The notes under the pieces were generated by a model. That model did not search any database. It was not told the origin of the DNA and saw only the letters and a program-made list of their open reading frames with translations. This document shows, in pieces, positions 1-8,278 of a stretch of 27,352 bases of DNA (positions within the stretch are counted from its first letter, which is position 1; the number at the start of each line of letters is the position of its first letter). Both the position numbers and the translations under genes were made by a program. Origin of the DNA: Patescibacteria group bacterium (lineage in GTDB: Bacteria > Patescibacteriota > Gracilibacteria > Peribacterales > Peribacteraceae); NCBI GenBank assembly GCA_038063355.1, contig JBBTVH010000090.1, positions 1 through 27,352 on the forward strand. The letters are read 5' to 3'.

Positions 1-583
<583 letters not shown>

Positions 584-584
<1 letters not shown>

Positions 585-1318
585 CAGGGGAAGAAGAGAA
601 GTTTCATGGCTCCGACGAACATAATGCCATGTTGCAGATTCTCAAACATGGGAACACTGACATAGTGAAGAAGTTTTTTACCGATCCCGACGCTGAACAT
701 CATAAGCGGAAAAAGGAGGATGAGGGCGACGATAAGTTCATGGGACCAAACGATGTGCGGGGCATACGCAGCATTGCGCCCGAGATTCATCATTAGCGCC
801 ACCGCTGTCGATGTGCCGATGAATTCTTCTTTCCGAAGCCCCATGGAAAGCAATGCCGGAGCGCGGATGAGAGACCCATTTCCGACAATGCCTGCTATGA
901 CGCCATTAAAAGCACCTATCACCACGAGAGCCGGTCTTGAGGGCCGGAAGGCGAAGCGTTTCACATGCAAGAAGGGGAGATAAGGATGCAGGGCAAATAG
1001 CAGACATAACAAACCGATCACTATTTCGAGCAAGCGCGGGTACAACAGGAACAACAAGCCGCCGGCTATGAAACTCGTGGGAAGCCCGGGAAGCCCGTAC
1101 CACAAAGTAATATCCCACCGTATCTCGCCACAGAAGAAAAAAATCTTGGCAACTTGTATGGCAAACATTAGCAGCGCCGTGATTGCCAGGTTCTGTTGGA
1201 TGGGAAGAAAGAAACTTCCGAGAACAATCGTCACAATCCCGAGGCCGCCTCCGGCGATTGAGGAAAATACGCCACCCAGGAAGAGTATGGGGACGAAGAG
1301 AAGTAATGGAGGCATCAT
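584..1318 (-). CDS. TauE/SafE (TSUP) family membrane transporter
   Basis: 244 aa, about 8 hydrophobic segments with two-fold repeated glycine motifs (SSIAGGGLG; AGIVGNGSL...L...G...EEFIGTS) typical of TSUP proteins. ATGA overlap with the pyrB stop. Confidence 0.8.
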
Positions 1319-2232
1319 GCTTTTCCAAGAAGCATGGCAAGCAGCGCCATGCGGACGGGGACGCCGCTATGAACCTGGCGGAAGTACGCGGCGTTGGGAA
1401 GAGCGTCGACATCGGTGCTGATTTCGGAAAGGCGGGGAAGGGGATGCATCACCACCGTCTTTTTGCCTTTGAGATGCGCCGCTTTCAGTGTGTAGACGTT
1501 GCGGAGCCGCTCGTATTCGCTCTTGTCGGCAAAACGTTCCTGCTGGATGCGCGTCATGTAGAGCACGTCGCTGTCGAGTGCGGCTTCAAGGTCACTGGCT
1601 TCGGAGAACGTGATGTTTTTCTCTTTGCAGAAACTTGTTACTTTTTCCGGCATCGTGAGTTCTTTGGGTGAGACGAAGGTGAGTTCGATGTTGTCATACA
1701 GCCCAAGGAGGAAACTCAGCGAATGTACGGTGCGGCCGTACCGCAGGTCTCCGACCATCGCGACTTTGAGTCCGTCGATTTTTTTGCATTCTTTTTGGAT
1801 GGTGAAGAGATCCAGTAGCGCCTGCGTGGGATGCTGCCCAGGGCCATCACCGGCGTTAATGAAGGGAACTGGAGAAACCGCTGCCGCGCGGTCGGCGCTC
1901 CCGACTTCCGGATGGCGCATGGCGATGATGTCGCAGTATTGGCCGGCAACAACAATCGTGTCCTCGATGGATTCTCCTTTATAGAGCGAGCTGAACTGGA
2001 TGCCGTCTGCCGTGACCACCTCTCCTCCCAGCCGCTGCATCGCAGACTCAAAGCTGAGTCGCGTACGCGTGCTCGGCTCATAAAAAAGACTCGCGAGGAT
2101 TTTCCCTTTCAGAAGATCGCTGCCGCCTTTTTTCACCACACCCTCCATTTCTTTCGCGACCGCCAAAATAGCATTCGCAGAGCTCCGATTGAGCTGTTTT
2201 GTGGATGTAAGGTGGGTGAAGGGGAGTGGCAT
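1315..2232 (-). CDS. pyrB: Aspartate carbamoyltransferase catalytic subunit
   Basis: FYEPSTRTRLSFE, MRHP, INAGDGPGQHPTQALLD, GDLRYGRTVHS, YMTRIQQERF and MHPLPR motifs. Start moved to ATG 2232 (MPLPF, 305 aa) because the track's extension runs through intergenic repeats. Confidence 0.97.
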   Translation of the reverse strand: MPLPFTHLTSTKQLNRSSANAILAVAKEMEGVVKKGGSDLLKGKILASLFYEPSTRTRLSFESAMQRLGGEVVTADGIQFSSLYKGESIEDTIVVAGQYCDIIAMRHPEVGSADRAAAVSPVPFINAGDGPGQHPTQALLDLFTIQKECKKIDGLKVAMVGDLRYGRTVHSLSFLLGLYDNIELTFVSPKELTMPEKVTSFCKEKNITFSEASDLEAALDSDVLYMTRIQQERFADKSEYERLRNVYTLKAAHLKGKKTVVMHPLPRLSEISTDVDALPNAAYFRQVHSGVPVRMALLAMLLGKA

Positions 2233-2238
2233 CGGTCG

Positions 2239-2337
2239 ATTGTTATATTGCTGTATTGCTGAACTGTTCGCAAGTGAAAGGCAAAAGGGGCAAATGCCCA
2301 CAAGCAATATAGCAATTCAACAATTTAACAATACAAT
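2239..2337. repeat. Inverted-arm octamer-repeat element between divergent pyrB and the flippase gene
   Basis: Left arm ATTGTTAT ATTGCTGT ATTGCTG (2239-2261); right arm AGCAATAT AGCAATTC AACAATTT AACAAT (from 2303). The arms are complementary at 19/22 nt. The spacer holds a small GGGC-AAAT-GCCC hairpin. Confidence 0.85.
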
Positions 2338-2343
2338 CCCACC

Positions 2344-3810
2344 GTGCCTACAAAACAGATCGCTTCGTCAACCCTGTGGCAATTAGCAAGCCAAATCGTG
2401 ATGGCCGCGCTTTCGATCCTCACGGTGAAGTTCGTGGCGATCGGGCTCAGTAAAGAACTCGCGGGAAACTACAACTCCGCATACGGTTTCCTGCAGCTCT
2501 TTGGGATCCTCGCAGACTTTGGGCTCTACGCCGTGGGAGTACGCGAAATGGCACGGGCAAAGGACCGCGCGTCCGTGCTTGGAGCGCTGGTCGTGATCCG
2601 CTCCGTGATTTTGATCCTCTCGCTTGCACTCGCAATCGCTCTTATCTGGATCCTGCCGCAGTGGCGCGGAACGCCGCTGCCGCTTTCGGTGACGTTCGCT
2701 TCACTTGTGCCACTCTTCACTTTGCTCGCGGGAATCCTCAGGACTGTCTTTCAGGTGCATTACCGGATGCAGTTTGTGTTCGTCGCGGAAGTCACGCAGC
2801 GGGTGATCACCACGGGACTCATCGGACTTTTCATTGTTGCAGGTGCGCGCACATCGAGTAACACCGACATCCTCTACGCTTTTCTTTTGATAGGCGGCAT
2901 CGGCGCCTTCGTACTTTTTTTAATTTCCTGGATCGCCGCTGCACGCTTTGAAACGATCCGGCTGCGATCCGACCGGGCGATGATCATTTCGATTCTGCGG
3001 CAGTCGATCCCATTTGGCGCTGCCTTCCTTTGCATGGCGCTCTACCGCCAGCTGGATGTGACGATGATCGCGCTGCTGCGACCAGATTTTGAAATCCAAA
3101 ACGCCGAATATGGCTTCGTACTGCGGATGGTGGAGATGGGGTACATCATTCCGACGTTCCTGCTGAACTCCGTGCTGCCGACATTGAGTGAGCGTGACTC
3201 GCGAGGGGGGGACACGGCGGTGCTCCTTGGAAAAACTTTGATGATCCTGCTGCTTCTCGGAATCACTGCCGCACTTTTCTGTGTTTTCTGGTCGCGGCCG
3301 CTGGTGCAGCTGCTGACAACCGATGCGTACTTGAGCACGCCAATACGGAACGGATCGGACACGGCACTGATGCTCATGGGACTTCCGGTATTGTTGAACG
3401 GACTCGTGCAGTACGGTTTCTACGTTCTGCTTAATCGTGGCAAATCAAAACCGTTGATCTCGATCCTTGGTTGTGGCGCCGCCCTTTCGATCGCGCTCAA
3501 CTACACATTGATCCCGCAATACGGTTACATCGGCGCGACGATTACAAGCAACATCGTGCATATCTTCCTTGCGATTGTCTTGATGACTGCCGCACTGAAG
3601 ACGATGCGCATTTCTATGCCCCTCTCCGGGGTTGGAAAAATCGTTCTCTATGGAATCGCACTCGGCGCCGGGCTGTGGGGGTTTGCCCCGGTCCTTCATA
3701 ATGAAATCGCCTCGGTGATTGGATTGACGGTAGCATCCGTGGGGATGGTTGCGCTCCTCTGGGCGCTCCAAATCCATATGTTATTTTGGCAAGGGAACAG
3801 CCTTAAATAA
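2344..3810 (+). CDS. Polysaccharide/oligosaccharide flippase (Wzx/MurJ-like, MOP superfamily)
   Basis: 488 aa, GTG start, about 14 TM segments. Motifs include G.YNSAYGFLQLF..LADFGL and .F.ALY...DV.M......E.G.Y....R, typical of Polysacc_synt flippases. Confidence 0.85.
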   Translation: MPTKQIASSTLWQLASQIVMAALSILTVKFVAIGLSKELAGNYNSAYGFLQLFGILADFGLYAVGVREMARAKDRASVLGALVVIRSVILILSLALAIALIWILPQWRGTPLPLSVTFASLVPLFTLLAGILRTVFQVHYRMQFVFVAEVTQRVITTGLIGLFIVAGARTSSNTDILYAFLLIGGIGAFVLFLISWIAAARFETIRLRSDRAMIISILRQSIPFGAAFLCMALYRQLDVTMIALLRPDFEIQNAEYGFVLRMVEMGYIIPTFLLNSVLPTLSERDSRGGDTAVLLGKTLMILLLLGITAALFCVFWSRPLVQLLTTDAYLSTPIRNGSDTALMLMGLPVLLNGLVQYGFYVLLNRGKSKPLISILGCGAALSIALNYTLIPQYGYIGATITSNIVHIFLAIVLMTAALKTMRISMPLSGVGKIVLYGIALGAGLWGFAPVLHNEIASVIGLTVASVGMVALLWALQIHMLFWQGNSLK

Positions 3811-3839
3811 GGGATAGGAAAACTTTGGACTAACATCTA

Positions 3840-3875
3840 TTGCATTCTCATTGCATTTGTAATACAATTGCAATG
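3840..3875 (+). promoter_or_regulatory. Sigma70 promoter with overlapping palindromic operator for the relB-like gene
   Basis: TTGCAT (3840-45), 17-nt spacer, TACAAT (3863-68). A 27-bp inverted repeat, CATTGCATTTGTA-A-TACAATTGCAATG (3849-3875, one mismatch), covers the -10. Confidence 0.8.
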
Positions 3876-3899
3876 TTTTAGCATTTTTCATCTCATCGT

Positions 3900-4187
3900 A
3901 TGGCAACTATTCAAGTTCGTGTACCGGATAAGAATAAGAAAAATGTAGAGAAGATTCTCGCGTCCCTTGGGCTCGATGTCACGACGGCGGTGCGCATGTT
4001 TCTTTGCCGCATTGAGATGGATCATGGTTTGCCGTTTTCTGTTACGCAGAAAAAGAATTTGACGGTGAATGGGTTCACTCCGGAGTTTGAGGCGGAGGTG
4101 TTGGAAGCGATGAAGGACACGGAAGACAGTATCAAATTTAATAATTCCGATGAGGCTGTAGCTTTTCTGAGAAAAATGGCAAAATAA
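3900..4187 (+). CDS. Type II toxin-antitoxin RelB/DinJ-family antitoxin (orphan)
   Basis: 95 aa. N-terminal TIQVRV...K......L..LGLD...AVRMFL......GLPF ribbon-helix-helix signature and an acidic C-terminal segment. Confidence 0.88.
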   Translation: MATIQVRVPDKNKKNVEKILASLGLDVTTAVRMFLCRIEMDHGLPFSVTQKKNLTVNGFTPEFEAEVLEAMKDTEDSIKFNNSDEAVAFLRKMAK

Positions 4188-4193
4188 TGCTCA

Positions 4194-4222
4194 TTGCCAC
4201 AAGTAACGTTTTTTGCTACAAT
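4194..4222 (+). promoter_or_regulatory. Sigma70 promoter of the Fn3 surface-protein gene
   Basis: TTGCCA (4194-99), 17-nt spacer ending in TGC (extended -10), TACAAT (4217-22), 19 nt before ATG 4242. Confidence 0.7.
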
Positions 4223-4241
4223 AGTACTGAACATAAAAACC

Positions 4242-5654
4242 ATGTCCCGCCTGCGATCTCTCGCCATAGTGCTTGGATGTTTGATCCCCGTGATCACCTT
4301 TGCCGCGCCTCCGCCGGCGGTGATGGGTCTTTCGGGTACGCAGGAGGCGAATGGCGAAGTGCGCATTGAGTGGCAGCCATCCACGGATAGTTCTGTGGTT
4401 CGGTATCGCCTCTACTACAGCTCGGAATCCATTCTTGAAAGCGGCGGAGTCTATGACGACTTCGAGGAAACACAGGGGATGGAAAACGTCTACGTCTTTG
4501 TGGCGCCGCCTGTGCAGGGATCGCTCTACGTAACAGTGCTTGCGGTGAACAACCTGGGAGAAGAGAGTGAATCCTTTATAGAGGAAGTCCGTATTGATCT
4601 CGCGCAATCTTCTTCGCAGATGCCGAGGCTGGAATCATCTTCAAGCTCCACCGCACCCGCGGCCGCCGTACAGTTCTCGAGCGCGGTTTCTGTGCTCATG
4701 GTGCCCTCTTCTTCGAGTTCTTCTGCGAGCGCTCAGTCCATTCCCATGTATACCGAACCCATGGATGACGGCCGCGTGCATCTGCTTCTTGCCGAAGCTC
4801 TCTCCCCGATCCAGGTAAAGCTCACGTTCTCCAATGCTGTTATGGTGAATCCCAAGGCCGCGCCGCAGGCCTTTATGATCGTCGGCCCGGGCGGAGCTCC
4901 TCTTCCAATTACGCAACTTCTCGTGAGCGATACCATCGTTGTAGCCGACACGCAGACCCAACAGAAAGGCGTTGTCTATAACGTGAAACTCAGTGAGCCT
5001 CTGCAGGGCGCGACGGGCGAACCGCTCGATGCTACAGACCGCTCTGCGTTCTTCACGGGACATGAGCTCGGCTCCGACCAGGCGGCTCCCGCCCAGCCAC
5101 AAGCCCCCGTTGCCACAGACCCGACGAAGCCGGCGGACGTAACGGGCTTCAGCCTGCGCGCCACCCCAGAATCCGGTGGAACATATATGGTTGTGGCGCA
5201 GTGGCAGCCCGATATCACCCGCGGAGACATCGCGCACTACATCGTCCGCCAGAGCCTGGATGGCGGCCGCATGTTCGGCGAACCGCAGATGGTGCCTATG
5301 GACATCGCCGGAGTGGAATTCGCAGGCGTACAGCCCGGAATGTTTGGCATCTCACTCCAAGTGATGAACGTCTACGGAGCGACCTCAGCCGGAGTCTTTG
5401 ACTCTGTTGCGCTTCCCGGAAATGGCGTCGTGCCTACCATGCCTCTTGTTCAGGGTTCCTTGGCAGCCCCGACGTGGCCACCCGTCGGAAGCGTCATCCC
5501 GAATGAGGCAGTCCTCGCGCAGCAGCGTGCGCTCCAGGAGATTCGCTCGCGTAATCTCTCGAATTCCGGATTCGGCCTCTTTGCGGTCGGCTCCTCATGC
5601 ATCGGGGCGTATGCCGGGTGGAGGAAAGGGAAAAAGAGAGAGAAAAAGGATTGA
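4242..5654 (+). CDS. Secreted Fn3/Ig-like domain surface protein with a sortase-like C-terminal sorting signal
   Basis: Start ATG 4242 (470 aa). Signal peptide MSRLRSLAIVLGCLIPVITFA, Fn3-like motifs (IEWQP....YRLYY; VAQWQP....HYIVRQS), Ser-rich linker, Ig-like middle domain (VKLTFS), tail LSNSG + hydrophobic stretch + RKGKKREKK. Confidence 0.75.
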   Translation: MSRLRSLAIVLGCLIPVITFAAPPPAVMGLSGTQEANGEVRIEWQPSTDSSVVRYRLYYSSESILESGGVYDDFEETQGMENVYVFVAPPVQGSLYVTVLAVNNLGEESESFIEEVRIDLAQSSSQMPRLESSSSSTAPAAAVQFSSAVSVLMVPSSSSSSASAQSIPMYTEPMDDGRVHLLLAEALSPIQVKLTFSNAVMVNPKAAPQAFMIVGPGGAPLPITQLLVSDTIVVADTQTQQKGVVYNVKLSEPLQGATGEPLDATDRSAFFTGHELGSDQAAPAQPQAPVATDPTKPADVTGFSLRATPESGGTYMVVAQWQPDITRGDIAHYIVRQSLDGGRMFGEPQMVPMDIAGVEFAGVQPGMFGISLQVMNVYGATSAGVFDSVALPGNGVVPTMPLVQGSLAAPTWPPVGSVIPNEAVLAQQRALQEIRSRNLSNSGFGLFAVGSSCIGAYAGWRKGKKREKKD

Positions 5655-5704
5655 AGGGGAATAAGGGATAATCCCTTACATCCCTTATTCCCCTTATTTC
5701 CCTT
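5654..5704. repeat. Nonamer-repeat hairpin after the Fn3 gene (possible terminator)
   Basis: AAGGGGAATAAGGGAT (5654-69) is the exact reverse complement of ATCCCTTATTCCCCTT (5680-95). It is built from 9-nt units (ATCCCTTAC, ATCCCTTAT, TCCCCTTAT, TTCCCTTC). Confidence 0.8.
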
Positions 5705-5762
5705 CGGGCGGTTGTACGTTTGTACACCTGTTTTTTGGCTTGAAGATGTGTAGTTTGAAACA

Positions 5763-6578
5763 ATGGGTTCACGTCTTTCCTTTGGCTTCCTCGGTTTCCT
5801 TGGTCTCCTGATCCTTACGTACCAGGAGATCCGCACGTGGCCGGATGGTAGTCTGCATACCTACGTTCTCGATGTTGGCCAGGGCGATTCCATCTTTTTG
5901 ATCTCCCCGTCTGGGAAACAGATCCTGATGGATGGAGGACCGGACTTTTCCGCTCTCCAAGGGATTGCCGAACACATGTCCTTTTTCGATCGGACCATCG
6001 ACCTTCTTGTTCTCTCGCATTCGGATCTTGACCATATCGCAGCATTCCCGGAGATCATGGAACGCTACCGTATCGGTGCAATCCTGCTATCCGGAATCGA
6101 TACGCAGCAACCACAGTACCAAAAGCTACTAACGCTGATCGCCGAGAAGAATGTCCCCGTGCTCATCGCGGATTCCGGCAAAGACATTGTGTTTGATGAC
6201 GGGCTTACGCTCGATGTGATCTGGCCATCGGGAGTACTCCCCAAGAAAACCAATGACGCTTCGATAGTGATCCGCGTTCTGTATAAAGAAGCATCAATGC
6301 TGCTTGCGGGCGATATTGAGGAAAAAGCAGAGGCGGGGATTTTGAAAACCGGTGCCGACATACGATCAAGCATCTTGAAGGTGGCGCACCACGGCAGTAA
6401 AACTTCGACATCGACCGGATTTTTGCTGGCGGTGGATCCTGATCTCGCTGTTATTTCCGCAGGTAAGGAGAACCAATTCGGACATCCACACTGGGGAGTA
6501 CTGAACCGCCTTCGGGACGCTGGAATTGCTATCCGCAGAACGGACCAGGAAGGCGAAATTTCGTTGATTCTTGAGTAG
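5763..6578 (+). CDS. ComEC/Rec2 metallo-beta-lactamase-fold nuclease domain protein
   Basis: 271 aa. LDVGQGDSI, LMDGG, LSHSDLDH, NDAS.V, LAGDIE, LKVAHHGS and SAGKENQFGHPH motifs; single N-terminal TM; no competence channel domain. Confidence 0.9.
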   Translation: MGSRLSFGFLGFLGLLILTYQEIRTWPDGSLHTYVLDVGQGDSIFLISPSGKQILMDGGPDFSALQGIAEHMSFFDRTIDLLVLSHSDLDHIAAFPEIMERYRIGAILLSGIDTQQPQYQKLLTLIAEKNVPVLIADSGKDIVFDDGLTLDVIWPSGVLPKKTNDASIVIRVLYKEASMLLAGDIEEKAEAGILKTGADIRSSILKVAHHGSKTSTSTGFLLAVDPDLAVISAGKENQFGHPHWGVLNRLRDAGIAIRRTDQEGEISLILE

Positions 6579-6602
6579 CGGAGAGTCGCGACTCTCCGCT
6601 AC
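6575..6602. repeat. GTAG-headed perfect 28-bp palindrome (REP-like)
   Basis: GTAGCGGAGAGTCGCGACTCTCCGCTAC. The TAG of the GTAG head is the comEC stop codon. Confidence 0.85.
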
Positions 6603-6616
6603 CGTATAGGGGATTC

Positions 6617-7912
6617 ATGCAGGTTTTACTGCTTCTCGCCGGCCGCTCTCGCCGCTTCTGGCCGCTTTCCGAAAAGACGCTGTTCCCGATCTGCGGGAAG
6701 ACGCTTCTTGAGCATCAGATTGATCGATTGCATGATGCGGGACTCAAGAAAATCACACTCGTCGGCGGCGCGCATAATCTCAAAGATGCAAAAAAACTCA
6801 CCGGGCTTCCCGCAATTGAACAGAAAGATCTCGACCTCGGCATGCGCGGTGCGCTTCTTTCCGCGCTCCCAAAGATCAAGAATGAACCGGTGCTTATTGT
6901 CAGCGGGAACGACATCGTCGAAGCTGATGCGTATCGATCTGTCGTCACAAGGGCTGCTCAGGGCGACGGCGCCATCCTCGCAAAGAAGATGAGCGCGTAT
7001 TTCCCCGGCGGCTACCTCACGATGAAAGGAACTTCCGTCGCGGGAATTGTGGAAAAGCCCAAGCCCGGAAAAGAGCCGAGTAAGTTTGTGACGATTGTGG
7101 CGCATGCACATAACGACCCCACTGTTCTGTTGGACGCTCTGCGTGATGTGGATGAGAGCCGCGATGACGGGTACGAGCAGGCGCTCCAGAAACTCTTCCA
7201 TTCGCATCGTTATCTCGCGGCCTCCTATGAAGGCGACTGGCAGGCGGTGAAGTACCCGTGGCATATGATTCCGCTTCTGGAATTGCTCTTAAAAGACGTC
7301 AAAAAGCCCCTGAAAGGCAAAAATGTAACAGTTCACAAAACCGCAGTTGTTGAGGGCCCCGTGGTCCTTGGTGAGGGGGTCCGCGTTCTTGCGCACGCCA
7401 CTATCGTCGGCCCTTGCGTCATCGGCGCACGGACGATCATCGGTAATAACGCGCTCGTGCGTGGAAGCAGTGTCGGCCGCGACTGCGTAGTGGGGTACAA
7501 CACGGAAGTGAAGTCTTCGGTTCTTGCAGACCACGTCTGGACGCATATGACCTACCTCGGGGAAAGTGTGATCGGCAGGAATGTCTCCTTTGGAGGCGGA
7601 TGCATGACGGGGAACCTGCGGCTAGACGAAGGCACCATCCTCTCTACGGTCGGCGAAGAGCGCATCGACACGGGCCTCACCAAGTTCGGCGCAGCCATCG
7701 GCGGCGGTTGCCGGCTGGGGATCCATGTGAGCCTTCACCCGGGAACTAAAATCGGCGCGGGAACATTTATTAATTCTGCGGCAGTCGTTGGGGGGGATAT
7801 TCCAGAAGGGAAATATGTGTCGATGAAGAACGGCGAGATGGACGTGCGCGAAAACCGCACGTCGGCGATGGATCCGGAAGATCGGGGGAAATATAGGAAA
7901 CGATTGGCATGA
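6617..7912 (+). CDS. Bifunctional sugar-1-phosphate nucleotidyltransferase/acetyltransferase (GlmU-like)
   Basis: 431 aa. N-terminal NTP-transferase (LLLAGRSRRFWPL..K.L.PI.GK, GND, EKP) followed by hexapeptide LbH repeats (VVEGPVVLGEGVRV..., YLGESVIG). W...x.YPW linker as in the archaeal-type GlmU group. Confidence 0.8.
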   Translation: MQVLLLLAGRSRRFWPLSEKTLFPICGKTLLEHQIDRLHDAGLKKITLVGGAHNLKDAKKLTGLPAIEQKDLDLGMRGALLSALPKIKNEPVLIVSGNDIVEADAYRSVVTRAAQGDGAILAKKMSAYFPGGYLTMKGTSVAGIVEKPKPGKEPSKFVTIVAHAHNDPTVLLDALRDVDESRDDGYEQALQKLFHSHRYLAASYEGDWQAVKYPWHMIPLLELLLKDVKKPLKGKNVTVHKTAVVEGPVVLGEGVRVLAHATIVGPCVIGARTIIGNNALVRGSSVGRDCVVGYNTEVKSSVLADHVWTHMTYLGESVIGRNVSFGGGCMTGNLRLDEGTILSTVGEERIDTGLTKFGAAIGGGCRLGIHVSLHPGTKIGAGTFINSAAVVGGDIPEGKYVSMKNGEMDVRENRTSAMDPEDRGKYRKRLA

Positions 7913-7937
7913 AATTGGCATCAGAATGCGAAAAGAG

Positions 7938-8192
7938 TTATCCACAACCACTGTGGATATGTCGGGAACCCCACTCTCCACTGGAGAGGCGGGATATCCA
8001 CAGAGAATACTATATTTTGCTTGATGCAAGCCAAAAACAGGAACCCCATGGAGGGGAGTGTCACGGACGTATGGATATCCACGAGTTTTCCACATTCATT
8101 ACACACCCCCATATTCCTAGTCCATCGCGTCCATAAGCCATTTTTATAAATATGACGTCCAACACCTTAAAAGATTATAAGAGATTTCCACA
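7938..8192. promoter_or_regulatory. DnaA-box cluster upstream of dnaN (candidate oriC or DnaA-regulated region)
   Basis: TTATCCACA 7938-46 (perfect), TGTGGATAT 7952-60, ATATCCACA 7994-8002, ATATCCACG 8075-83, TTTTCCACA 8086-94, ATTTCCACA 8184-92, followed by AT-rich tracts, within a 366-bp intergenic gap. Confidence 0.75.
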
Positions 8193-8278
8193 GGATCAGG
8201 CTTTAATTGTGTACTCTTCGGAAGGGGTTACGATTATGACTAATGTATTGAATATCTTATTTCTATTATTATAGAACC

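Noticed and set aside
4187-4369. 60-aa ORF coupled by TAATG to the antitoxin as the missing toxin
   Set aside because: No RelE/YafQ-like pattern, it runs across the next gene's promoter and overlaps the Fn3 CDS out of frame.
7909-8136. ORFs 7909..8136 (+) and 7921..8112 (-) in the glmU-dnaN gap
   Set aside because: They span the DnaA-box cluster and have no protein-like features; a non-coding role explains the region better.
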